Notes under the pieces: generated by a model
Told to the model about the DNA's origin: nothing
What the model saw: the letters and a program-made list of their open reading frames with translations, nothing else
The model's database searches: none
In this document: positions 17,705-29,400 of the stretch, in pieces
How positions within the stretch are numbered: the first letter of the stretch is position 1
Layout: each line of letters starts with the position of its first letter
Translations under genes and position numbers: made by a program
Virus record (IMG/VR): IMGVR_UViG_3300027708_000026
Coordinates: 1 to 64,000 of that record
DNA: 64,000 nt
Strand: one strand, 5' to 3'
DNA from: a virus

Positions 17705-18909
17705 ACTACTAGAATTTCAACTAGCCCACGGCCCTCGGATTGACTTTCGAGGGCTTTTCCTATTACAGCATTCGGATCATCACCCGGAGCCCATGCAGCA
17801 GCATATCCAGGAATATGACTAGTTACCACTAGTTCACCCTTAGTTATTTTGCCTGCAATTTTACAGGGAACACGGCCTTTTAACGCAATAAAAGGATGAG
17901 TTTCGTCAGTTCCTGCCTCAGAATTCATCATATAAGCCGGGTTTTTACTTACTGGTCCGATTACAGCAGTATTAGCATGTTGATTAGTAGTTGTAACTTC
18001 AGCAACTCCGCCAATAACTAATACGGTGCCTTCATCATAAACAGTATCAGCAGCATATCTTTCCGCCAAGTCAGCATACCTAGCAGAAGTGGCAGTGGCG
18101 TTCAATACCTGTGTAATGACATCATAACTGATAGTACCGGTAGTATACAACGGCTGTCCACCAGTACTGGTCGATACAAATGGAATATAGAATGTGCCAG
18201 ATGTAGCAGGATTAACTGTTACATTAGTTGATGTTGTAGACTTTAATGAGTCAGCAGCGGTTCCCCAAAAATACGTCGAATATAGTTGAGTTGATCCAGA
18301 GGCATCTGCATATTTTAAATTTATGCCTGTACGTATTCCATTAGAATAACCTTGGTATAAGTTCGATGCTAGTACAGGAACAAAATAGTGATCAGATATA
18401 ACAATCACTGGATCTTTTCCAACATATCCCGTTAATACTGGATACGATTTAGTATCGAGTGCCAGTACACTTTCCGGAGTCCAGTTTGCCACTGCTTCAA
18501 CTCCGGACACGGGGCCAACTACGGACCACGATGCTATAGTGCCAACCCATGCCTTTAATTGTTTATTACTCGAATCCCACCATAGGTCACCGTCGACTGG
18601 CGTCATGGTAAGGCTAGGGTCTGTTCTTTGATTTATTAGGTTTGCAATGCCTTTGAAATTTTTCCCATCATAGCACATGTTCAATCTTTTTGCCGACGAA
18701 CTATCAAACCATAACTGCCCAGTAACTGGCGAGACTGGTGCGGTAGAGCTGGAGAAATTTTCTAACAAATGATAAAAATTCTCATTTTGAGTTTGCCCAT
18801 AACCGCTGTAATTTTTTCCAACAAACGTCAAACTCGTAGAATTATCAACTGAACCATCTTCTACAGTTGCAACTGGTACACCGTTTGTGTTGTTTATGAT
18901 ATATGGCAT
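17701..18909 (-). CDS. Tail fibre/spike with C-terminal autoproteolytic-chaperone-like domain
   Basis: Shared fibre N-terminus (VGKNYSGYG...LLENF...GQLWFD); C-terminal YADLAERY...IALKGRVPCK...IGKALE. Confidence 0.75.
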   Translation of the reverse strand: MPYIINNTNGVPVATVEDGSVDNSTSLTFVGKNYSGYGQTQNENFYHLLENFSSSTAPVSPVTGQLWFDSSSAKRLNMCYDGKNFKGIANLINQRTDPSLTMTPVDGDLWWDSSNKQLKAWVGTIASWSVVGPVSGVEAVANWTPESVLALDTKSYPVLTGYVGKDPVIVISDHYFVPVLASNLYQGYSNGIRTGINLKYADASGSTQLYSTYFWGTAADSLKSTTSTNVTVNPATSGTFYIPFVSTSTGGQPLYTTGTISYDVITQVLNATATSARYADLAERYAADTVYDEGTVLVIGGVAEVTTTNQHANTAVIGPVSKNPAYMMNSEAGTDETHPFIALKGRVPCKIAGKITKGELVVTSHIPGYAAAWAPGDDPNAVIGKALESQSEGRGLVEILVV

Positions 18910-18921
18910 TCTTTTTAACCT

Positions 18922-20502
18922 TTAAGTTTTGATAATTGGTAATAGTGCTATATTTGTAGGACGAGTTTCCGTTCCACCTACTGCACTAGTATAAAATTGT
19001 GGCTGATCGTAATCTGTTGATCCAGATCCACCAGATCCGTTAGTTCCTGGTACAGTTCCAAAATTTACATTAGTACCATTTTCTCCATATTGACCAATAT
19101 GTTGGTGACTTTTGAATGATTCACTTTGTAGTGATCCTATAGTCCTCGATGAATCAATTCCTTTTCCTAAGTCCAACGCCCTAACAAATTGTCCGCGTAG
19201 ATCCGGTAAATTAAATGTCTGCAAAGTCTGACCGTATGGGGTGGCGTCGCCTCCCAGTGATACCCAAAGATTATAATATGTACTCTTACTAACTGTTGCG
19301 CCGTTGGCTATCAGATATCCTGTAGGAGGGGTTGTACCAGCGTGGTATAAAATTGTCCCAGGAGGCACATTCACAAATGCGTTGATTTGAGACTGCAATG
19401 AAAAATCAGCGGCCTGTATTGCAGATAATGTCGATGCAATTGCCGAATCAATATACGTTTTAATTGCTTTCTGAGTTGATAATCTAGTGTCACTAACCGC
19501 AGATAGAGTACTATCTTTATCAATTACACTTATCGAATTATTAGTACTATCCGAAATAGTTGTAAATTTTAGAGTAGTTATTGTCGCATTATTTGATGTC
19601 ATAGAATTTGCGGCAACTGACCCCGCATCAAATACATCGCTGTAAACATGTGACCAATGCAGATCAGATGACCCTAGACTTGCACCGTAATCTGTAAGAG
19701 GTACTATTGTCCCGTTTACATTCCAGACACCTGTAATTTTTCCTGCGCTGCTATATAAGGTCGTTGCAGTCAATGTATTGACTGATATACCGCCATATGA
19801 ATCTCGTTCAACTATTGAATTTGCAAGTGCTGTTGTAGATGCAGATCTATAACTAGTTAGATTACCGCCAAGCAATGAATTTGATTGAGAACTAGTCGAC
19901 GCATACCCTTTTAACGTATATCCGGGGTTCATAGTTATGCCGGAAAATACATGCGGTATTCCGCTGATCGAATTATCGTACGATACATCAAAATCATCCG
20001 CACTTAGTACAGCAATAACAGTACCGTTCAATGTACATTTAATCACTGCATGACTAATACCCGATGCATCTTTTACAGATTCCGATGCCATTCTAGTTTT
20101 AGCAAAACCCGCAACTGCTTCTGGCCCGATAGTATCGAAAGTCGTACCGTTGTTTATCTTTAATTGATTAACTGTAGTGTCAAACCAAATATTTCCCAAA
20201 CGAGCTGATGGAGGGGTTGATGCAGAATATGTAACTACTGCCAAAGGTTCCCATAGTCCAACACTATAAACACTCAGCGAATTATTCGCACTATTATACC
20301 ATAATTGACCAGTTAGTGGATTAGACGGGGCAACACTATTGGCAAAATTTTCCAAGATATGTACAAAATCATTATTTTGGGCTTCCCCAAAATTAACAGA
20401 GTTTTTTCCAACAAGACTAATACTAGTATTAGACGTATCAACGACTCCATCTGCTAATTGGAATAAAGTTGTTCCGTTGGTTAAAGTTATTTTATATGAC
20501 AT
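18922..20502 (-). CDS. Tail fibre with tail-collar domain
   Basis: Shared N-terminus; PPGTILYHAG...GYLIANG...FNLPDLRGQFVR...ETRPTNIALLPIIK. Confidence 0.85.
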   Translation of the reverse strand: MSYKITLTNGTTLFQLADGVVDTSNTSISLVGKNSVNFGEAQNNDFVHILENFANSVAPSNPLTGQLWYNSANNSLSVYSVGLWEPLAVVTYSASTPPSARLGNIWFDTTVNQLKINNGTTFDTIGPEAVAGFAKTRMASESVKDASGISHAVIKCTLNGTVIAVLSADDFDVSYDNSISGIPHVFSGITMNPGYTLKGYASTSSQSNSLLGGNLTSYRSASTTALANSIVERDSYGGISVNTLTATTLYSSAGKITGVWNVNGTIVPLTDYGASLGSSDLHWSHVYSDVFDAGSVAANSMTSNNATITTLKFTTISDSTNNSISVIDKDSTLSAVSDTRLSTQKAIKTYIDSAIASTLSAIQAADFSLQSQINAFVNVPPGTILYHAGTTPPTGYLIANGATVSKSTYYNLWVSLGGDATPYGQTLQTFNLPDLRGQFVRALDLGKGIDSSRTIGSLQSESFKSHQHIGQYGENGTNVNFGTVPGTNGSGGSGSTDYDQPQFYTSAVGGTETRPTNIALLPIIKT

Positions 20503-20511
20503 ATCAATCCT

Positions 20512-21516
20512 TTAAGAAACTACCAACGGTATAACATTAACATATCCTGTTATTGAACTTACAGCAGTAACACCCGTATTACTATAAACTTCATATGGTT
20601 GCCAACTTATGCCGGTACCTGCACGATTAACCACTTTAAACCTTCTAAATTGATAAGCAGGCGTTTGTACTGGGTCAGTAAATTTACACATGACTTTTGC
20701 ATCCGCGCCAAGTGGAACCCCCACTTCGTTAGTTGCTGTGTTGGCTCTAACTGGAAACATGTTGGTCAATATATCAGAAATTTTTCTATTCTGTGCATTA
20801 TAACCTGTATATGTAGTGACGTCAGTTTGTCCAGCTACATCAAGCCAGGTAACATCAACGAAAGCTGACAAATAATTGCTGGTAAGTTGGCCTGTAGTTT
20901 TGATATCACCTAAAATGGTCAATCCGGCCACTAGAGTAGATGTAGTATCTGAATCGAAATAAATTTTAGAATCAGCCGATGTCAAACTAAAAGCTGAATT
21001 ACTTAATGCACCAACAGGTTTACCATAATTTTCTAATAGAATCACTTCCTGGGAATCCGACGAAGTACTGCTGATTATGGTATCAGACGGCATGACCCAC
21101 CCAGCACTACCAACTGATTTGGGAAATGCTGGACCTATCAAATAGGCTTGTTCTAAATTAAAAATGTTTAATTGATTTTTAGAAGAATCCCACCAAAAAT
21201 CTCCAGATGATAATAAGTTGGGTTGTGCGCTAGACACAAACGCGCCGCTTACTGATCTAAAACTACCGTTGTCATAAACTTGCAATTTACCAATAGTAGT
21301 GTCATACCATAGCTGCCCAGTTAATGGACTTCTAGGCGAATTGTTTGAATCGCTGGCAAAATTTTCTAAAAGTCGAACAAGATTATTGTTTAAATATTGT
21401 CCGTAATTAGACACATTCTTTCCAACTAAATCTAAACTGGATGAGGATTTATCTACCTTACCATCGACTAGTATAGTTAATGAAGTTCCATCAGAATTTA
21501 AAATAGAGTATGCCAT
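20512..21516 (-). CDS. Tail fibre/baseplate paralog
   Basis: Shared N-terminus (LVGKNVSNYG...LLENFA...GQLWYD). Confidence 0.75.
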   Translation of the reverse strand: MAYSILNSDGTSLTILVDGKVDKSSSSLDLVGKNVSNYGQYLNNNLVRLLENFASDSNNSPRSPLTGQLWYDTTIGKLQVYDNGSFRSVSGAFVSSAQPNLLSSGDFWWDSSKNQLNIFNLEQAYLIGPAFPKSVGSAGWVMPSDTIISSTSSDSQEVILLENYGKPVGALSNSAFSLTSADSKIYFDSDTTSTLVAGLTILGDIKTTGQLTSNYLSAFVDVTWLDVAGQTDVTTYTGYNAQNRKISDILTNMFPVRANTATNEVGVPLGADAKVMCKFTDPVQTPAYQFRRFKVVNRAGTGISWQPYEVYSNTGVTAVSSITGYVNVIPLVVS

Positions 21517-21519
21517 TTT

Positions 21520-23337
21520 TTAGGTCTTTATTATGTATGTTAGGTAATTGGTGCCTATCTGTTTGGTCACCGATGTAGCTGTACTCAAATTTGGAACATT
21601 AAAATACGGAACAGCACCGCCATAGATAAAATTCCCCGTACTTTGATTTTGCAATGCATCTGCTAGATACGGATATTGACTCACCGTGTATGTTGCACCG
21701 TCACATGCTAACCAACCAGAAGGCACAACATTCCCACCATAGGGCATTATCATACCAGGTAAGTAAACTCCTGCATTTATTTGTGCTCTTGTAACTCGTT
21801 GTATTCCGGAATAGGCTGCTGAAGTCGATGTATCAATAGCAATAAATGTCATAGTATCAGAACATGTGGTAGCAACCTGTTGAGCTGATATCGCAGATGG
21901 GTCCAATGTTGTGCTAAATGTTGCTGTAGTGCCGCTGCCATAAAATGCAAAGTTGGTGGCAGTAACCTGACCAATCATTCTAAAGTTGCTAGCCTGGGCT
22001 AGCTGAGTTGCCGGTCCATTAAACACTCCAAAATATTGAGAGTCTACAGTTCCGAAAGATTTGGAATATACCCTATTGAATTTCTTTGAGCTTGATCCAA
22101 TATCATATAGTTCTGTGGTAGATGGTAAAATTGCAGATCCGGCTTTAGGAGTGCCGTTTGCATCCAACCAATTGACATATACTTGTCCGGAAACCGTAAT
22201 ATCATCGGCTAATACAATAGCACCCCCCACCATTAAATTGCTGCCAATTGTCGCTCCGCCAGCTACACTGAGTGCTGCGGATGATGTAGTAGTGATGGTT
22301 AAGGTATTCAAAATACGTGCGCTACCATAAACATCTAAATTAGGAGAATTTGCTGATGTGGTCGTATTAATTGCTACAACTTTATTAGAAATAACTAAAG
22401 TATCGTTTGGCAAATTATTCGTAGAACTTAATGTTTGTAGACGAATACTACCACCTGCTTTATTATTCAGTAAAATTCCATCCGATCCTAATTTGTAAAG
22501 CTGTACATATTCCGCTGCATCACCACCAAAAATATTAATTACTACTCCGTCTCGTCCTTGAGCACCTGCCTGATTACTATAATTAGGTGTACTGAACAAC
22601 ATCCTACCAGTGATAACTTGATTAGCAGAATTATCATCCTTTCTTAAGAAAGTAGATGCTGCATAAACACCACCTTGAATGGCCAGGGAGGATGCTGCTA
22701 ATGCGGTGCCCGCCAATAAGCCACCATTGTAAATGTTTATACCCGGGATTAATTGTCCAAATCCAGAAATAATAGGATTTGGAATAAAATTATCCATAGA
22801 AACAATAGATACGATTGTACCATCAACATAATTCTGTGTAATATAGTGAGGATTGCCTGTACTATCATTGACTATAGTATTGATTGATCCGTTAAGAGCA
22901 CCTTGCCTAACTTCACTGATCGCTATCCAACTTCCCGAACTATAAATGTTTAGTTGATTTAATTTAGTATTGACCCAAAGATCACCATTTTTCAATCTGC
23001 TATTTGTTGATGCGGGGTCAGTTGGTTGTTGATAGATTCCGTTAGCACTTGGCCAGCTAACTGCACCAGCAGAGCCGTCCATAATACGTAATACTTTGTT
23101 ATCAGGGTTGCTGGTATCATACCATAATTGTCCTTCGATCGGATTTGTCGGTGGCAGTGGACTAGCGAAATTTTCTAATAAATGCAAAAAATTAGTATCA
23201 ACTACTTGACCATAATTTGGATAACCTTTACCCACGAAGCTGAGGCTAGTGTCAACAGCATTAATGCCCGGTGGCATATCCGGAACCGCAATAGTAATGA
23301 TTTTGCTTGGATCGGAAAAACTAAGAGTATATGCCAT
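21520..23337 (-). CDS. Tail fibre with tail-collar domain
   Basis: Shared N-terminus; C-terminal PGMIMPYGG...GWLACDG...FNVPNL...YIIKT. Confidence 0.85.
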   Translation of the reverse strand: MAYTLSFSDPSKIITIAVPDMPPGINAVDTSLSFVGKGYPNYGQVVDTNFLHLLENFASPLPPTNPIEGQLWYDTSNPDNKVLRIMDGSAGAVSWPSANGIYQQPTDPASTNSRLKNGDLWVNTKLNQLNIYSSGSWIAISEVRQGALNGSINTIVNDSTGNPHYITQNYVDGTIVSIVSMDNFIPNPIISGFGQLIPGINIYNGGLLAGTALAASSLAIQGGVYAASTFLRKDDNSANQVITGRMLFSTPNYSNQAGAQGRDGVVINIFGGDAAEYVQLYKLGSDGILLNNKAGGSIRLQTLSSTNNLPNDTLVISNKVVAINTTTSANSPNLDVYGSARILNTLTITTTSSAALSVAGGATIGSNLMVGGAIVLADDITVSGQVYVNWLDANGTPKAGSAILPSTTELYDIGSSSKKFNRVYSKSFGTVDSQYFGVFNGPATQLAQASNFRMIGQVTATNFAFYGSGTTATFSTTLDPSAISAQQVATTCSDTMTFIAIDTSTSAAYSGIQRVTRAQINAGVYLPGMIMPYGGNVVPSGWLACDGATYTVSQYPYLADALQNQSTGNFIYGGAVPYFNVPNLSTATSVTKQIGTNYLTYIIKT

Positions 23338-23339
23338 GA

Positions 23340-23984
23340 TTACATTCCAGTACTAAGACTTTGGACTCTAACTGTATAATCAATTTGAATCATACGATTT
23401 AAACTTTTCTGAACAGGATGAAAAATAACATGGGTTAAAAGATTCCCCATTCCTGGGCCATCAGGACTGTATCCCAGCAGCCCCAATTCATCAAATACGA
23501 ATGTGCCATTAGCGTCAGTGGCATTATCAAAAGCTGCCTGACCGGCGGGTTCTCCAAAATCAAGTAAACAACTCACTAGTATGTCACTATAACTTGTTCC
23601 TATTACATGTCGAACTTCCATAAAATTTCTAGCAGGATCTAAATCAGAAGTTTGTTTAGCATCGACAGTTTTATAGTAAGTTTGATTATATAGGCTAGAG
23701 TTAGTACCAACAACATTTGGTGTTAGGTATGTGATAATACCAGTATCATCAATCCTAGAACCGCCGTTGCCAAATGCCATTTCATAAATTGTTCCATATC
23801 CCTGATTGCTTAAACTTTGTGCCATGGCCAGACTAAAGTTTTCATAATGAATTGCATTACGTTTATCGATAAACACTTCTTTAGTTTGGGGGTCAAATAT
23901 CTTTATATGTCCTTGAACCCTGATATTTCCGTGTTCGTTGGGACGAGATTGCAAATGATTTGTCATAGTTGATGCCTGTTTCAT
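23340..23984 (-). CDS. Virion/baseplate structural protein
   Basis: In the baseplate operon. ATG at 23984 lies just downstream of GATAAATA, so the TTG start at 23999 is unlikely. Confidence 0.65.
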   Translation of the reverse strand: MKQASTMTNHLQSRPNEHGNIRVQGHIKIFDPQTKEVFIDKRNAIHYENFSLAMAQSLSNQGYGTIYEMAFGNGGSRIDDTGIITYLTPNVVGTNSSLYNQTYYKTVDAKQTSDLDPARNFMEVRHVIGTSYSDILVSCLLDFGEPAGQAAFDNATDANGTFVFDELGLLGYSPDGPGMGNLLTHVIFHPVQKSLNRMIQIDYTVRVQSLSTGM

Positions 23985-23988
23985 GAAA

Positions 23989-23996
23989 TATTTATC
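23989..23996 (-). promoter_or_regulatory. Late promoter GATAAATA
   Basis: TATTTATC on the + strand, 4 nt from the ATG at 23984. Confidence 0.6.
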
Positions 23997-24001
23997 CAAT
24001 G

Positions 24002-26446
24002 TTAGAACGTACTAGCATACATCCTTAACCAGTAGTTTGTAGCAACACATATATAGACATATTGACTATCATATGCAATGTTGCCTATTATGCCAGGGCT
24101 AGTAGAAGATGTGGGAACAGTGGTTGGTGTTAGGCCAGCACTACCAGAATATCCTCTACTACCGGAATATCCGCCAGCTGGGCCAGCAGGGCCAGTTGGA
24201 CCGCTCGGTCCTTGGGGACCGCTTGGGCCAGCGCTGCCAAAATATCCTCTCGAGCCAGTATAACCACCAGGATCTCCCTTGCTACCGCCGTAACCTTGAT
24301 TTCCTTGTAGACCAACTGATCCTGTATACCCAATTACTCCAGTGGGGCCAGTTGGGCCGGAGACTGTGCTTGCTGGGCCTGTTGGTCCTGTTGGTCCTGT
24401 TGGGCCACTTGGCCCTGCTGGGCCTGAAACGGTACTTGCTGGTCCGGTTGGGCCGCTTGGCCCTGTTGGACCAAATGGACCTTGGGCTCCAACTGATCCG
24501 CTATATCCTCTACTACCGGCATAACCCCTACTACCGGCATAGCCAATGCTACCCGAATATCCAGTTGCGGTGCTTGCTGAACCAGTAAATCCAGATGATC
24601 CAACTGATCCAGAATATCCCAGACCGCTACTTCCGGCATAGCCGCCCGGTCCCTGGGGTCCTTGGACACCGATACTACCTGTATAACCGATCGGCCCTTG
24701 TGGTCCAACTGATCCTGAATAACCTATACTAACAGAGGCTCCGCTACTACCCGCGTATCCTATGTCACCTTTACTACCGGTGAATCCAGTAGAACCGATG
24801 TATCCTGCTGCGGTACTTGCCGATCCAGTGAATCCAATAATACCCCTACTGCCTGCATAACCTACAGACCCAGTGTATCCCGTTGCTGTACTTGCTGAAC
24901 CCGTATATCCACCCGGATCTCCTTTAGATCCAGTATACCCTGTGCATCCTTGACTTCCGGAATACCCTATACAAACAGCAGCACCGCTACTGCCTGTATA
25001 TCCACCCGGATCTCCTCTTGGCCCTTGTGGACCTGCTACTGTACTCACTGAACCTGTATACCCAGCACGCCCAACGCCTATACTTCCAGTATATCCCCTA
25101 GGTCCCTGTGGGCCAGCAATGGCACTTGCTGAACCTGTATACCCACCCGGATCTCCCTTAGGCCCTTGTGGGCCACTAGGTCCCTGTGGACCTGCAGATC
25201 CAGAATATCCCAGTCCACTACTTCCAACATATCCAACTTGTCCCTGACTGCCTACATATCCAGTGTTTCCCCTGCTGCCTGTATATCCGCCAGCATCTCC
25301 TTTTGGTCCTTGCGGACCAATACTGCCAGTATATCCACCGGGATCGCCCTTTGATCCTGCATATCCATGACCTAATGTAGTAATGTTGAATACCCCATTC
25401 ATATTTGGCATGCTATCTGTTTGATAGTATAAATTATCCGGTGAATCAAATGGCACTGTAAAAGATACTGTATCCTGTGTAGCTCCGTTGTTGGTTACCC
25501 CGGATGTGTGCTGTCTGCTGTTGTCAGATGTTATTTGATCAACGATATAAAATCCATGACTAGGACTGTTTATTTGGAAGTAATATGTGAACCCCCTAGC
25601 TAACGATACAACGGGATTTTCTTGGCCGCCAATAGTAAATGTTCCGTATCCGCTGTCAATGACATCAATAATAAATCCAGCAATGTCGCCTTTGCTTCCA
25701 GTATAGCCAGTACTGCCACTGCCGGTATAACCAGTACTGCCAACACCTCGACTACCAGTATAGCCAGTAGATCCAAAATATCCTATAGCGCCCTGGGGGC
25801 CCTGCGGTCCAGCTGATCCCGAGTAACCTTTTGATCCTAAAAATCCTTGAGAACCAGTATATCCAACTGCACCACCATTTACAGTCCAAACAGTTGCAGA
25901 AACTGATCCAGTACCTAATCCGGATGTTATTTGGAAAGTTATTGTTGAATTCGCAGCCACTAGATATGTATAAGGATAGTCCACAGTTGTGGTAGTTGAT
26001 CCGGTTGGAACTGTAACAGACCAAATAAACGACGGTGTCTGAGGATTAATGGAATCCGATGTAGTAACAGACATTTGAACAATAACCGGAGATGTATGTG
26101 CAGCTGATAACACCACATTGAACTTCAGTAAAGAAGACAGTACTGGCATTAAGAATGTGGTAACTGACGATCCATTAATGTAAAGAGGTTGTGGAACCGA
26201 AACTGTTGGTGAATTCCAAGACGCAATAATTGGCCAAACTCCGCCGCCACTGCCGCTATAACCAGTGTATCCCATTGCTCCAGTATTACCTTGCGATCCT
26301 GTATATCCAAAACTCCCACAATAACCTTTAAGGCTAGCTGGTAAACTAGAAAAATTGTAGCGTTTAGTTATTTGATTATCTGTTACTACAAAATAAGTGT
26401 TACTGGTAGCAGTGGTTAGTAATGGTATTTGATTAATATTTGGCAT
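24002..26446 (-). CDS. Collagen-like tail fibre (GYxGS/GPxGP repeats)
   Basis: Long Gly-X-Y tracts interrupted by globular domains; C-terminal [19 protein letters not shown]. Confidence 0.8.
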   Translation of the reverse strand: MPNINQIPLLTTATSNTYFVVTDNQITKRYNFSSLPASLKGYCGSFGYTGSQGNTGAMGYTGYSGSGGGVWPIIASWNSPTVSVPQPLYINGSSVTTFLMPVLSSLLKFNVVLSAAHTSPVIVQMSVTTSDSINPQTPSFIWSVTVPTGSTTTTVDYPYTYLVAANSTITFQITSGLGTGSVSATVWTVNGGAVGYTGSQGFLGSKGYSGSAGPQGPQGAIGYFGSTGYTGSRGVGSTGYTGSGSTGYTGSKGDIAGFIIDVIDSGYGTFTIGGQENPVVSLARGFTYYFQINSPSHGFYIVDQITSDNSRQHTSGVTNNGATQDTVSFTVPFDSPDNLYYQTDSMPNMNGVFNITTLGHGYAGSKGDPGGYTGSIGPQGPKGDAGGYTGSRGNTGYVGSQGQVGYVGSSGLGYSGSAGPQGPSGPQGPKGDPGGYTGSASAIAGPQGPRGYTGSIGVGRAGYTGSVSTVAGPQGPRGDPGGYTGSSGAAVCIGYSGSQGCTGYTGSKGDPGGYTGSASTATGYTGSVGYAGSRGIIGFTGSASTAAGYIGSTGFTGSKGDIGYAGSSGASVSIGYSGSVGPQGPIGYTGSIGVQGPQGPGGYAGSSGLGYSGSVGSSGFTGSASTATGYSGSIGYAGSRGYAGSRGYSGSVGAQGPFGPTGPSGPTGPASTVSGPAGPSGPTGPTGPTGPASTVSGPTGPTGVIGYTGSVGLQGNQGYGGSKGDPGGYTGSRGYFGSAGPSGPQGPSGPTGPAGPAGGYSGSRGYSGSAGLTPTTVPTSSTSPGIIGNIAYDSQYVYICVATNYWLRMYASTF
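24140..25370 (-). repeat. Degenerate coding repeats of GY(T/S/A)GS and GPxGP
   Basis: Recurrent [18 protein letters not shown] and GPQGP units; recurring ccacccggatctc on the + strand. Confidence 0.8.
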
Positions 26447-26447
26447 T

Positions 26448-29400
26448 TTATAATCCTTCTAAAGGGTCATTGTTGTCGTCAGTTAGTGCAAATCCAGCAC
26501 CCGTTGTCAAAGTAGGATCGCCTCCATAATAGTACATATCTGGCAATTCGGCAGGCTTGGCTCGTAAAAATTCAGCCGGACCTGAATTACTGCTCAATAA
26601 TGAAATTCCATTATTCCACAGCTCAGACGGCTTTATTTGTTTCTTAACCACGACCAATTTAATGTTATCCCTTATATCTTCTTGTATATTTAACGTAATT
26701 TGTTGAAGTGCAGGCCCGATAAACGTCAACGGCCATGCGATAGTTATATTATTTGCGAACCCAACACCCCATCCGTTAAACAGGTTATTATGACCTGAAT
26801 AGATAACTGTATTTTTTGCGCCGCTGGCATCCTGCATGATCCATCCAGGTTGTATCTGCATGGTAGCAGTAGTTTCATGGAACACCCAACCTGATCCTGT
26901 TGGTGGTTGACCGCCAGTCACTGTTTCAGTTACTAAAACGGTTGGCACAGTAATATCAATACTAAACTCTGGCGGTAGGTATTTTAAACCAGTATACTCA
27001 TATCCGTTGTTTGCAGATTCCGATAAAGAACGAGTATATACCCAGACTTGATTTGTTGAAGTAACAATATAAGCGTGTCCAACGCCTGTCGTATCAGGTA
27101 ATGAAGATACTGATCCTACAGATCCAATCAATCTAAATTCTGGACTGTCATATGACTTGGTTATATCTTGATGATAAGTTCCCGATTTGTTCAATAGGCG
27201 TCCACCATAATACACCTGCACTTGATTAGCAGCAGATATGTTTGTTGATGTAGATAGCACTATGCCATCACTAACTAGTTTTGATGTAGAGTACGGTAAA
27301 TCTACTGTTGAAGTAGTCAATGATATTGTATAAACGCTGGATGTACTGGCGGTAAACTGTACTTGCTTTAAGATCGTTTCAGCAAATGGTATTGTTTGAT
27401 CAGGACTTTGATCAATGACCTTAGTATATATTTCTGAATAAAACTTGGGACTAGTTCCTAAAGTGGCCCTGCGAAGTTGGGATAATATATTACCAACTTT
27501 TTTATTAAATTCAATTCTTTCGCCTGCAATAATAACTACACCGGGTACATTGGTATAAGGATTAGGCGGAATAATTGTACCAGCATCGTTGACATAAATT
27601 TCAGTATCAGTATATGATAGAGGCTGTGTCAAATATGTGGAATTTTCTGCTGATAATCTCTTAAAATTTGTACGGTTAAACATATCATTGAAAATTCTAT
27701 ATCCAATGGTCGTGGCTGCGAGATTTTGATCGCTAACACTCATTATCAAGATATTATCCGAATCAGCAGTAACTATAGAATCTGATATTTGTACAGTAAT
27801 TTTGTCGGATAAAATTGCATAGTCAATATTAGGTATTAAAGATATACCATTTTTCCATACCCATACACAATTGGTATTCACCGCAGGTCTATTGATTTGA
27901 TACCTGCCAGATTGTGTACCAGTAAACTTATCACTCCTAATTAGCATGCCATCCTGATCGGCGAATGTTGTAACAACGAGATTGGTATTAGCAACAGGTG
28001 TAGTCAAGTTTAGTAAAGCACCATCAATGGTAAAATCTGCTCCCAAGTATCTATCTTCGATAGCAACAACATCGCCGATTTTGGCAGAGTTTAAGGTCAC
28101 CGTAGGATTAACTCCGGAATATATGCTAAAATCAAACCCCGGCCTTAGTTTAATCCCGTTGACATAGACTCCTGCATTACTGTTGGTTAATACATAGATA
28201 CCAGCACCTCTGGTTATCCTATGATTAATTCTAAATGTTAATTGAGAAAGATTAGTTACTTGATAATAACTAACTTCAGGAGGATTTAGAATATAACGCT
28301 GTCCTGTGTTAGAAATCAATTCCACTATGACTTGCGATGACTCGGGGCCAATAGTTGAAGGCGGATAAGTCAACTGATAAGAATTTTGACCCGAGACTAC
28401 AGGAATAACCTGCTCGGTTATTTCGTTAAAGTAACTAAATTTAGAAGCAAAGAACCAAACCTGTACAGTATTTTCATTATACACATAAGGCATGTTGTAG
28501 ACAATAACTGATGCACGATTATCGTTATCGTTAAACTTGGTTAGCACATAACCAAAATCTGTAGACGAAACTAATTTTGGAATTGATTGACCATTAACCG
28601 TAACGAATACACTACCAATTGAATTCATATCTGAAGAACTGACAACCTGTGCAGATAATTCAGTAGTTACGACCTGATTGTAATCGACTACACCGGCATC
28701 GTATCCACTGCCGCCGCCCATGCCTATTATAGTATATCCCACTGGGCCGGAATAAGAAGATTTTAATGTTATAGTACTTGTATCCCAATCAATGGTAAAC
28801 TGTGCAGGTAATAAAGTTATTGTAGAAGTAGTGGTATTGACTACATATGTAAATTGTTGCTTGTTAGAACTGACAATTATGCCAGCAGATGTAAACGGTA
28901 GCACTTTAAGAGTTGCAGTAGTAAGTTCAAACTCAGTTGCTGTGATAATTCCCGAGTATACCGCAGGTGCTCCCGAAGAGACCTTGGTGTAAACATTTAT
29001 CCCTAAGCTCTCCATCACACCTCCAGGAACAAGTTCTTCAGGTGCTTGATTCGCATCGGCATTATATAAAGAGTATCCGTCAATAACAAGATCATAAGTA
29101 CCAGTACCAATTGCTTTGGTATAACCTAAGTCCCCGCCGATAATCTCACTATCTAAAATTGATAAATTACTATCCGAACTCCAAAATTCAATTTTAGCGC
29201 CCTTGTCAATTTGTCCAGCTAACGAAGAACTGACTGTGATTGTGGTGCCTGTGATACTTGTTATAGTTGGGCTAGTTGAACTAAATGGATTAGTAGTCGT
29301 ACTAATCACATTGATGTAATAGCCTATTTTAATTCCCAAACTGTTACTTAAAGATATCGTGCTAGTGCCAATTGACGATGTTGACGTAGTAGTCGTAACT

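Noticed and set aside
24078-26024. Overlapping Pro/Gly-rich ORFs and GC-rich repeats as a CRISPR array or mobile element
   Set aside because: These are shadows of the collagen-like codon repeats; no constant repeat with unique spacers.
17701-26446. Diversity-generating retroelement or invertase switching of fibres
   Set aside because: No reverse transcriptase, recombinase or near-identical TR/VR pair seen in the window.
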